Position numbers and translations under genes: made by a program
DNA from: Betaproteobacteria bacterium
GTDB taxonomy: Bacteria > Pseudomonadota > Gammaproteobacteria > Burkholderiales > JACQAP01
Reading direction: 5' to 3'
Assembly (NCBI GenBank): GCA_039931685.1
Contig: JBDTRK010000004.1
Span: 426 to 64,425 of the forward strand
Length of the DNA: 64,000 nt
The notes under the pieces: model-generated
What the model saw: the letters and a program-made list of their open reading frames with translations, nothing else
Databases searched by the model: none
Told to the model about the DNA's origin: nothing
Shown here: piece after piece, positions 42,824 through 51,181 of the stretch
Layout of the letters: every line of letters starts with the position of its first letter
How positions within the stretch are numbered: the stretch's first letter is position 1

Positions 42824-43687
42824 CTAGATTTTCTCCGCATGGACGATGCGGTGCCAACCCCAGCGCCGCCCCAACGCCCGACGGCAGCTTTCCGGCAACA
42901 GGCGGCCCAACGCCCCCCAGTGCCGGTAATCGAAGAAATAAACCTCGTTGCCCGTCATCCTGAATGCCGACAGCAGCGCTTGCGCTTCTTCCGCGCCATA
43001 CACCCGGGAATAAGGGTTGTCCGGTCCATCGGTGTTCCGGCTCAGCCACTCGTCATCTTTCATTTTCCCGTCCTGCCTCGCCAGTTCCCGGTGACGCTCG
43101 ATCTTGCGTCGAGGAAAGCCCATGCGCTCCAGGCATGCAATCGCGCCCGGCACTGACAGGACGCGCAGTGCCGCTTTGCGCAAAAAACCGGATTTCAACG
43201 ACGTAGTTGATCGACGTGCGGTTGTACAGCATCGCCAGCAACTTGCCCCGGGGATTGAGAACGCGATGAATTTCTGCGACGGCCTTTTCCACTTCGGGAA
43301 TATGGTGCAGCACGTCGAACGTGCCATCCGGGAAATCAAGGGAAGTCGCATCGCCTTGCAACGCGACGCCAGGGAGCGAAAAGGCCCGCAATGCCTGCAA
43401 CGTCGCCTCGGTCGACGCCCGATCGACATTGAGCCTGTGTAGACGCCTCCCCGTCCAATGATGGTGCGCGCGCCAGAACCCACCCCGGACCCGATCTCGA
43501 GAACGCGCTTGCCACGCCAGTCGATCTTCGAGATCACATCGAGGATGTGAGGCTGAAGGTCGTAACGCTGACGCTCGATATCCAGAAAGTATTCCCGCCA
43601 CAACCGGTTCTGGTCGCTCAGATCCGAATCACACGGCCTGCCGTCCCAATACTGCCGGACCTGCTCTTGAGCTAATGCGCTATTCAT
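42824..43687 (-). pseudogene. class I SAM-dependent methyltransferase whose central part is encoded in another reading frame (two frameshifts)
   Basis: The frame of ORF 42824..43879 gives a good N-terminus (VLEIGSGVGSGARTIIGRGGVYTG) and C-terminus (LRKAALRVL...WLSRNTDGPDNPYSRVYGAEEAQALL). Between them are ~83 aa of R/C/S-rich nonsense. The missing core (LNVDRASTEATLQALRAF...DFPDGTFDVLHHIPEVEKAVAEIHRVLNPRGKLLAMLYN) is read in the frame of ORF 43053..43601. The switch points are near 43431-43437 and at the A6 run 43182-43187. Confidence 0.7.
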
Positions 43688-45426
43688 TACCTGAGCACTC
43701 CCATCCCAATTTGCACGCTCTGCCCGCTCGTTGGCGCCAGGATGAATGTGCTGCCGCCTTCGAGTACGTGTCCGGACAATCGGGAATCCAGTGACAGCGC
43801 CCCATCCGCGGCGACGGAGTAGTATCCGCTGCCGGATGTCGCGCTCGATACGCCGCCTTTGTTCCGCGTTCCCGACCAACTGTAGTTACCTGCACCATCA
43901 AAGACGATCGACCGCACCTCACTGTTGAACGCATACAAGGGGAACGGAACATCGAGGCTATTGATGTACGGGGTATTGGGAATATTGATATTGATCGTAT
44001 TGGCCGGCCCGGCCGTGGCATCCGAATAGTGGTAGGCGACAGCATAGCGGCCACCGAGGCTGGCGTTACTGAACGTGCCGCCCTTCCTCAAGCCCACACC
44101 CATCTCGACTTTCCCGCCCGGTGTGGCAAGGATGAATGCGCTGGCGCCGGCAAGCACATTCCCGGCTAGTCCCGTATCCAGCGTCAGGGTTCCGTCCGTC
44201 GCGAGCACGTAAGTTCCGCTGCCCGACGCAGGGCTCGAGTTCCCACTCGTGTTGCGGGTTCCCGACCATGTGTAGTTTCCCGCGCCGTCGAACGTCATCG
44301 TGCGCAGTTCGCTGCTCAGCGCGTACCCGGGAAACGGAACGGCGAAAGTATTGTTGTACGGTGTCTTGGTCACATTGAGGTTGATCGTGCCTGGAGGCCC
44401 GACGGTGGCGTCGGAATAGTAGAGCGCGACGGCGTAGCTGCCGTTGAAACTGGCATTGTTGAACGTTCCACCTTTTTTTACGCCCATGCCCATTTCTATG
44501 ACCGGCACCCCGGCAGTTGATGCGAGGACGAATGTACTTCCGCCTGCAAGCACGGTCCCGACGACGCCGAAGTCCAGCGCCACCGTACCATCGGCGGTAA
44601 CGGTGTACTGTCCGTTGCCCGATACCGGCGTCGTTGTTCCGGCAACGTTGCGGATTGCCGTCCACGAATAATTGCCTGCTCCGTCAAACGTGACGGTGCC
44701 TTGTTCGACCCTGAACGCATACTCGGGGAAAGGCACATTGACCAGGCTGCTGTACGGCGTACCGGGAACGTTGAGGTCGATTTGGACCGACGGCCCAAAT
44801 CTGGCGTCGAGCATCGAGAAGTTAAAGGCGTAGTCGCCGAAAAGGGTGGCCAGCGTATAGCCGGCCACCCCGAACCTGCCGAAGTGCGAGGTCTGTGCGG
44901 TAACTGTGTCCTGAATGGTGTCTCGTGCAACGGTGCGCAGCGTTTCATTGGCCGTGCCGCTGCCAATCGAGACAATCTTCAAGGTTGTCGGGTCACTGAT
45001 GCCGTTGGAAGCCAGGTACTGCGGCGAGTAGCGCAGCGTCACGGATACCGGGACGGCAAAGACCTCTCCGGCCGGCCCCAATTCGGCGACCAGCACATCG
45101 GCGGGCAGGCCGGTTGCGCCGGATACCTGACTAATCGTGATCTTGGTGGGATTGGACAACGCACCCGCCGGAATCACGACTTGGGTCCCTATGATCGGCG
45201 AGGATGCATCCGTTACCGCAACCGTTCCTCCGGCCGAATCGATGACCTGGCTGGCGATTACGGTGGCGCCCGATCCCGGTGTCGTCCCCGAATCCGTGGC
45301 ACTCCCGCCGCCGCCGCCGCATGCGGCCAATGCCACCAGGGCCGCACATGACACGATGATCTTGAATGAGGTCTCGATGATTTTTCTCGTCCTGAATGGC
45401 AATAATGGGTCCGGTCCTGATCCCAC
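43687..45426 (-). CDS. lipoprotein with three ~130-aa tandem repeats
   Basis: Lipoprotein signal IIVSCAALVALAAC followed by GGGGGS. After an N-terminal ~150-aa domain there are three repeats (aa ~190-318, 319-448 and 449-579). Each contains ...PFP-Y-A-...FDGAGNY(S/T)W...G-G-Y-V-ADG-L-LD...G-VL-GG-S-F-L...EMG-G. No family was recognised. Confidence 0.8.
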   Translation of the reverse strand: MGSGPDPLLPFRTRKIIETSFKIIVSCAALVALAACGGGGGSATDSGTTPGSGATVIASQVIDSAGGTVAVTDASSPIIGTQVVIPAGALSNPTKITISQVSGATGLPADVLVAELGPAGEVFAVPVSVTLRYSPQYLASNGISDPTTLKIVSIGSGTANETLRTVARDTIQDTVTAQTSHFGRFGVAGYTLATLFGDYAFNFSMLDARFGPSVQIDLNVPGTPYSSLVNVPFPEYAFRVEQGTVTFDGAGNYSWTAIRNVAGTTTPVSGNGQYTVTADGTVALDFGVVGTVLAGGSTFVLASTAGVPVIEMGMGVKKGGTFNNASFNGSYAVALYYSDATVGPPGTINLNVTKTPYNNTFAVPFPGYALSSELRTMTFDGAGNYTWSGTRNTSGNSSPASGSGTYVLATDGTLTLDTGLAGNVLAGASAFILATPGGKVEMGVGLRKGGTFSNASLGGRYAVAYHYSDATAGPANTININIPNTPYINSLDVPFPLYAFNSEVRSIVFDGAGNYSWSGTRNKGGVSSATSGSGYYSVAADGALSLDSRLSGHVLEGGSTFILAPTSGQSVQIGMGVLR

Positions 45427-45477
45427 GAAGCATCAAGTCCGGCTGGGTCGTGAATGCCCCGGTATCGGCATCAACCG

Positions 45478-46752
45478 TTATAGCCGCAGCGACGGCAGCT
45501 TGGCGCGCTGAACCGCCGGACGCGGCGCCTTGCTGTCGCGCCAGAGACTGGCATAGGCCGCCAGCAGTTTCGGCGCCTCATGGCGCCACTCCAGTTCGTT
45601 CTCCACGCGTCTGCGCCCGTACGCACCCATTCGCGCGCGTCGCGCCGGATCGTCGATCAATTCGACAATTTTCAGGGCCAGATCAATGCTGTCGTTGTTC
45701 TTCGCGTAAAGCGACGCGCCTTGCGCCGAGAAGCGTCCCTCGGCGAGATCAAACTGGACAATGGGCTTGCCGAGCGCCATGTATTCCATGATCTTGTTCA
45801 TGGTCGACTTGTCGTTCATCTCGTTGGCGACGTCAGGATTGACGCAAACTGCGGCGGTATTGAGCATCGCCAGCATCTCGGTGTCCGAAACGCGACCCGT
45901 GAATGTCACGAAATCGCCAACTCCGAGTTCCGCGGCCAGCCCCTTCATCGCTTCGAGCGACGTACCGCCACCTACCAGTCCGAAATGGATATCGGTGCGA
46001 CCGAGGCCGAGCGCCAGATGCTGGATTGCACGCAGCAGATAGTCGATTCCCTCTTGTCTGCCCATTACGCCCACATAGCCCACCAGGTGCGCACGCCCGC
46101 ATTTCAGGCGATCGTCGGGCGGACCGATCTTCAGGCGCTCCAGGCTCGGCCCGCTCCTTACCACGAATACGCGATCCGGCGTCATGCCGCCGCGCTCCAT
46201 TGCGATGCTCCGGTAGGATTCGTTGGTTGCAATCGAAACGTCGGCCGTCCGGAATGTCCAGCGTTCGAGCTTGAGCATCAGCCGGTAGAAAAAATCACGC
46301 CGGCCGAACTTCGCCTCGTAGAGTTCGGGATTGATGTCGTGGTGATCGAACACGAATTTCTTGCCCAACACCTTGAAGAATCGGCCGATCAGGAAAAAAA
46401 GATCGGGCGGATTGCAGGCGTGAATTACATCGAACCCATCCTTGCGCAGAATCCGCCAGCACAGGACGAAGGTGCGCAGCAACGCGATGGAATACTCCAT
46501 CGCATAGCCCTTCGGCCCTTCGCCCTCGACGGGCAGGGTGTAGCGCCAGATGGCAATGCCGTCGATTTTTTCGAACGCGCTCTCGCAACCCTTGCCGGTC
46601 GGACAGATGATGGAGACGACGTATCCGGCGTCGCGCAGCGTGGTGGCTTCCTGCCACACGCGGCGGTCGAACGGGCTGGGCAGATTTTCGACCAGCATCA
46701 CGACCCGCTTCCCGATGTGCGCCCCCGCCTTCGAAGCTGATCTTTGCGTCAC
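45478..46752 (-). CDS. GT4-family glycosyltransferase
   Basis: VVMLVENLPSPFDRRVWQEATTLRDAGYVVSIICP...FDVIHACNPPD...FVFDHHD. C-terminal GT-B region (NPDVANEMNDKSTMNKIMEYMALGKPIV). The start overlaps the upstream stop as ATGA. Confidence 0.88.
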   Translation of the reverse strand: MTQRSASKAGAHIGKRVVMLVENLPSPFDRRVWQEATTLRDAGYVVSIICPTGKGCESAFEKIDGIAIWRYTLPVEGEGPKGYAMEYSIALLRTFVLCWRILRKDGFDVIHACNPPDLFFLIGRFFKVLGKKFVFDHHDINPELYEAKFGRRDFFYRLMLKLERWTFRTADVSIATNESYRSIAMERGGMTPDRVFVVRSGPSLERLKIGPPDDRLKCGRAHLVGYVGVMGRQEGIDYLLRAIQHLALGLGRTDIHFGLVGGGTSLEAMKGLAAELGVGDFVTFTGRVSDTEMLAMLNTAAVCVNPDVANEMNDKSTMNKIMEYMALGKPIVQFDLAEGRFSAQGASLYAKNNDSIDLALKIVELIDDPARRARMGAYGRRRVENELEWRHEAPKLLAAYASLWRDSKAPRPAVQRAKLPSLRL

Positions 46753-48062
46753 CAGCAGATGCCCTCGTAGACGCCGGAAACGCTGCGTGACTCGGTAATG
46801 CGCACCAGATCGAAGACAGTCTGCTTGTCGGTCAGGCGACCGGGCACATCGCGAAATTCGGGTGCGGCATTGCCGATGACAATCGTGTCGGCGTGGCTCA
46901 GAACCTCGTCGATGCTCGAAACCATCAGACGCGAAATATGCGGAATGTGATTGAGGATGTAATCGCGGTTGGCACCGTGGATGCGGGCAATATTGACGTT
47001 GCTGTCATAGATCCTGAGGTCGTACCCCTTGCCGATCAGACGCTCCGTCAGCTCCACCACCGGGCTTTCGCGCAAATCGTCCGTGCCGGCCTTGAAGCTG
47101 AAGCCGAGAACGCCGACTTTGCGGCTGCCTTTTTCGATCACGGTGCGTACGCCGCGCTCGATCTGCTGCTCGTTGCTTGGCAGTATCGCCGCCAGGATGG
47201 GCACAGACAGGTCCAGCGTTTTCGCCTTGTAGAGCAGTGCGCGCAGATCCTTCGGCAGACAGGAGCCGCCGAAGGCAAATCCGGGTTTCAGATAATAGGG
47301 CGACAGATTGAGTTTTGTGTCCTTGCAGAAAATATCCATGACACGATGGCCGTCCACGTCGAGGCCCTTGCACACGTTGCCGATCTCGTTGGCGAAACCC
47401 ACTTTCAGTGCGTGCCAGGCGTTGTCCGCGTACTTGACCATTTCCGCAGTATCGATGTCGGTCCGGATCATCGGCGCATCCAGGTGGCCGTAGAGACTGG
47501 CAAGGAGGTCGCCGCTGGCCGGATTGAGTTCCCCGATCACTGTTTTTGGGGGATGGAAATAGTCGTGCACTGCGGTGCCTTCGCGCAGAAATTCCGGATT
47601 GATGCACACCCCGAACTCGACTCCGGCGCGTCGGCCCGACGACTCTTCCAGAATCGGAATGACGATTTTTCGCATCGTGCCGGGCAGCATCGTGCTGCGA
47701 ATGACCACCGCCGGCGCGCCCGGGTGATGGCGTATGGCCTGCCCGATCTCCTCGGCAACGCGGCGTATGTACTTGAGTTCGATATCGCCGTTCGTGCGGC
47801 TGGGCGTGCCCACGCAAACCAGGACGAGGTCGCTGCGCTGTACCGCGTCAATGACATCTGTGGTTGCCGCCAGCCGGCCTGCCGCAACCTGACGCTCGAT
47901 GATGGTGCCGATGTCCTTCTCTATGATGGGCGACTTGCCCGCATTGATAAGATCCACCTTGCGCGGCTCCGGATCGACACCGATGACGTCGTGACCCTGC
48001 TGCGCCAGGCAGCCCGCCGAAACGGTGCCGACGTACCCAAGACCCAATACGCTGATCTTCAT
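46749..48062 (-). CDS. algD: GDP-mannose 6-dehydrogenase (AlgD type)
   Basis: MKISVLGLGYVGTVSAGCLAQQGHDVIGVDPEPRKVDLINAGKSPIIE, GFAFGGSCLPKD, FSFKAGTDDLRESP and the C-terminal EGICW closely track Pseudomonas AlgD as I recall it. The ATG at 48062 is preceded by GAGGAGG. Confidence 0.88.
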   Translation of the reverse strand: MKISVLGLGYVGTVSAGCLAQQGHDVIGVDPEPRKVDLINAGKSPIIEKDIGTIIERQVAAGRLAATTDVIDAVQRSDLVLVCVGTPSRTNGDIELKYIRRVAEEIGQAIRHHPGAPAVVIRSTMLPGTMRKIVIPILEESSGRRAGVEFGVCINPEFLREGTAVHDYFHPPKTVIGELNPASGDLLASLYGHLDAPMIRTDIDTAEMVKYADNAWHALKVGFANEIGNVCKGLDVDGHRVMDIFCKDTKLNLSPYYLKPGFAFGGSCLPKDLRALLYKAKTLDLSVPILAAILPSNEQQIERGVRTVIEKGSRKVGVLGFSFKAGTDDLRESPVVELTERLIGKGYDLRIYDSNVNIARIHGANRDYILNHIPHISRLMVSSIDEVLSHADTIVIGNAAPEFRDVPGRLTDKQTVFDLVRITESRSVSGVYEGICW

Positions 48063-48249
48063 GCCCCTCCTCGATAACGTTGACAATCCGGCCGGCAGCA
48101 TTGCGCGGCCGCAAGGCAATCCAGGCTCCAGCGAATGCCGTGGACACATTCACGGGCCTATGCAACCGCAGCATAGGAGAGCGTATTGACGCCAGTGAAA
48201 GGTGTACCTAGTCCGGTCGGATCACTACCCGTTTGCGACCGGGAAGGTT

Positions 48250-49101
48250 TCAGGCCGCACGGCGCAGAATGGCGTAGACGTTGTGGACAAAGTAGTCCCG
48301 CACCGCCGGAATGCCGGTGAGGAAATCGGAGATTTTGCGAAGCGGCCCCGGCTTCTTCAGGAAAGCATTGACGGCCAGGAAATCGAAAGCCCACCCAGTA
48401 CGGCGAACGTGTTCCAGGAAGTCCGAATAGCGCATCAGATTGAGGCCGCCAGCCACCTGCGGGTAGGCGTTCGCCGGATCGGTGGGGCGAAAGCATTCTC
48501 GCCGAACGCGCAGCACGGCCTGCTCCGAGAACAGTACACCGCGCCAGGGCACCTGCAGCCGGAAGAAATCCCACATGTGGTCTCCGAATGGCGAATGAAA
48601 CAGGGGACCGAAGGCCAGTACGGCAACTCCTCCGGGCGCGATCAGGTCCGTCATTCTGCGCAGAAATGCACAGGGATCATCGATATGCTCGAACGCGTCG
48701 ATCGAAAGCAATACGTCGTACTTTTGATCCGGCACCCAAGCGTGCAGGTCGCGGCAGACGAATTGCACGTCACGCCCCATTGCGCCCTGCCGGGCATGGG
48801 CGGTGGCCCTTCCGATGTTTCTGGGCAGATAATCCACACCGGTGATCTGCCCGACACCACGTTTGGCGATCGCCATAGTCAATTCCCCAGAACCGCAGCC
48901 CATGTCCAGATAGGACAGATCCGGATTCAACGGGAAATGCCCTTCGAATCGCTCGACGAGCTTTCGGAATTTCAGCTCCGCCTCTGTAGCTGACACGACG
49001 GCCTCGCCGCTATACAAAGCGTCCAACCGCTCTTCCGTCGCCAGGTTCCGGCTATGGGCAAGACTGCGCAGGATGAGGTAATCGAGATGGGCGCCCAGCA
49101 T
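48250..49101 (-). CDS. class I SAM-dependent methyltransferase
   Basis: Motif I (YLDMGCGSGELTMAIA), then YDVLLSIDAFEHIDDP and LIAPGGVAVLAF. The ATG at 49101 is preceded by AGGAAAC. The ORF-track start at 49254 overlaps the upstream gene. Confidence 0.85.
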   Translation of the reverse strand: MLGAHLDYLILRSLAHSRNLATEERLDALYSGEAVVSATEAELKFRKLVERFEGHFPLNPDLSYLDMGCGSGELTMAIAKRGVGQITGVDYLPRNIGRATAHARQGAMGRDVQFVCRDLHAWVPDQKYDVLLSIDAFEHIDDPCAFLRRMTDLIAPGGVAVLAFGPLFHSPFGDHMWDFFRLQVPWRGVLFSEQAVLRVRRECFRPTDPANAYPQVAGGLNLMRYSDFLEHVRRTGWAFDFLAVNAFLKKPGPLRKISDFLTGIPAVRDYFVHNVYAILRRAA

Positions 49102-49135
49102 CGGGTTTCCTAAATAATCGCGTTGGCTTGTTGCA

Positions 49136-51181
49136 TCAGCAGACGATCTCGGTGCGCAAGACAACCCGGCCCTTGAGCCGGCCCTGCCATACGATGGTCG
49201 GCGAGGGCAGCTTGTCGTCGAACTGTCGCGACACCCAACCGAAGATGGGCGCAATGCCCCCGGTGATGACTTGTGAGCTCGTCGCCTCGAACTCCGGAAG
49301 CCTGAGCAAGAGGGTCTCCCTGCCCTGGCTCAGCACGTAGCCGCCGGGAACCGCCTCGACCCGGCATTGCTCGCTGCAATGGAACAGCAGTTCTATGTCG
49401 TGCGATTCGGCCATATGCAACGTATCTTCGATGGTCACCAGCCTGCTGGCCTTGCTTAAGGTAATCCGCCGCCGGTGCGTCACCGGATCGTCCAGCCGCT
49501 TGTAGCCGTCGTGCCATCCTTCGAACAAGTCCTCCTCTGGCGTGCTGGCCCATTGGCTGCAGCCCGCGCGCGCTTTCTTCAGCCACATGAAATTACCGCC
49601 GGACTCCGACTGGTCTTTTGCATCCACACGCACCGTGTTGTGCGCGGCCGTGCCGCGAAAATATCGGCGCCAGGGGCCCTGCGTATGGTAGGCATAGGTC
49701 CCGGGATCGATCAGGAACTCCAGGCCGCCGACCGACAAGGTGAAAGACAAGGCATCGGCATGCCCATGGGCGGCGATGGACCGGAAGCCCAATGGCCCTG
49801 CATCGGCGGTCAGCCGGATTTCGTTTTCCGTTTCGAAGTCGCAGCCGAGGATGTAATAGCCTCCGATCGGAAAGCTCTGCCGCGGCGGCAGCGTGGTCGC
49901 CGCCACGGATTGCGCATCGAACAGGCTGTCCGCCTGGCTGCCCAGCAGCCATCGCGTCTTGTCGTCGAGCGAGCCGGCCTTGCGCTTGAACTCGCCGCTG
50001 CGGAAGATGACCGCGCCTGTCGCGAGCAGGGATCGGGAGGGGGAGACTTCGTCCGCACCCAGCCGCGCAACCCGGCCGTCGTCGGCGTCACCGAACATCG
50101 GAACATTCCCGCTCACGTCCATGATCGATGCAAGGTAGTCGAGCATGGCCTCGATGCGGGTTTCGTAGGCGACCGAAAACCAGATTCCGTTTTCCTTGCC
50201 GGCAAGCAGGCAAAGCAACAGAAAATCCAGCACGAACTCATGGTAGGCAACGGCTTGCTCACGATTCACGCCATCGGGAGCATTTTGCCGCAACGCCTCG
50301 GCTTCCAGGATGGCCTTGGCCGTCGACCGCCATTTTTTGGCCACACGCCAATGCGGCCAGGTCAGGCCCGCGATGAAAAGACCGGCAGCTTCGCCGATGA
50401 GATGGTTATTGGCGGAAGAGTGACGCGAAAAGTAGCCGCGCACGAACTGCGCATGCTGATACACCGATTCAAGCCAACGCTGCTGCAAACGCGCGCCCTG
50501 GGCACCGTCGAACAACGGCGATCGTGCGCCCCCGAGCAGTTGCCAGGTGACGGACCAGTTGATCAGCCGGATGGCCACTTCGAGCGCACTCGACCAGTTC
50601 GGGCCCATGCGGTAGGGGCAGGAAGCAAACCACGATTCCAGGTGCTGCCGGATGACCTGCAGATACGCGGCGTCGCCGCTGAGCACGTAGGCTTGCGCCA
50701 ACGTCACAAGATGAAGATGCCGGTTGGGCTCCCATAGATACTTGATGTCCCCGACCAGATGCGGGTTGCGGTAGTCGAGGAGTTTTCCGAAGCTGAGCGG
50801 CGCATCGATTCCGGACTTTGGATCGCGGTTCCAGCGCGGCGGGGAGCCGATATCGAAATCCTTCAAGGCAAATACATCCAGCTTTCCCGCGGCGACGCGG
50901 TCGGCGGCAGCCGTGTACCGCGCAGCATCCACGCTGGCAGTGGCGTGAATCCAGGAATTCGAGGTGGCGGCCAGAGCGGGTGCCGGCATAGTCTGGCCTC
51001 CGAAGAACCATCCGACGCTCTGCGCATGCGCGGACAATGCACGCGCGAAGCGGTGGACGATCTCCGCAGGCGACATGCAACTCAGGCGATTGATGCGCCA
51101 CGTGAGCCAATGCGAGATTCCCGTAACCACGTCGGCCGGCTCGCGCCGACCGCCGGGTCCTGCGATTTCATGCCCGTGCAT
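49136..51181 (-). CDS. heparinase II/III-family protein
   Basis: KYLWEPNRHLHLVTLAQAY, SANNHLIGEAAGLF and IAAHGHADALSFTL are typical of alginate-lyase-like N-terminal plus heparinase II/III C-terminal domains. The start overlaps the asnB-like stop by 14 nt. An alternative ATG is at 51076. Confidence 0.82.
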   Translation of the reverse strand: MHGHEIAGPGGRREPADVVTGISHWLTWRINRLSCMSPAEIVHRFARALSAHAQSVGWFFGGQTMPAPALAATSNSWIHATASVDAARYTAAADRVAAGKLDVFALKDFDIGSPPRWNRDPKSGIDAPLSFGKLLDYRNPHLVGDIKYLWEPNRHLHLVTLAQAYVLSGDAAYLQVIRQHLESWFASCPYRMGPNWSSALEVAIRLINWSVTWQLLGGARSPLFDGAQGARLQQRWLESVYQHAQFVRGYFSRHSSANNHLIGEAAGLFIAGLTWPHWRVAKKWRSTAKAILEAEALRQNAPDGVNREQAVAYHEFVLDFLLLCLLAGKENGIWFSVAYETRIEAMLDYLASIMDVSGNVPMFGDADDGRVARLGADEVSPSRSLLATGAVIFRSGEFKRKAGSLDDKTRWLLGSQADSLFDAQSVAATTLPPRQSFPIGGYYILGCDFETENEIRLTADAGPLGFRSIAAHGHADALSFTLSVGGLEFLIDPGTYAYHTQGPWRRYFRGTAAHNTVRVDAKDQSESGGNFMWLKKARAGCSQWASTPEEDLFEGWHDGYKRLDDPVTHRRRITLSKASRLVTIEDTLHMAESHDIELLFHCSEQCRVEAVPGGYVLSQGRETLLLRLPEFEATSSQVITGGIAPIFGWVSRQFDDKLPSPTIVWQGRLKGRVVLRTEIVC

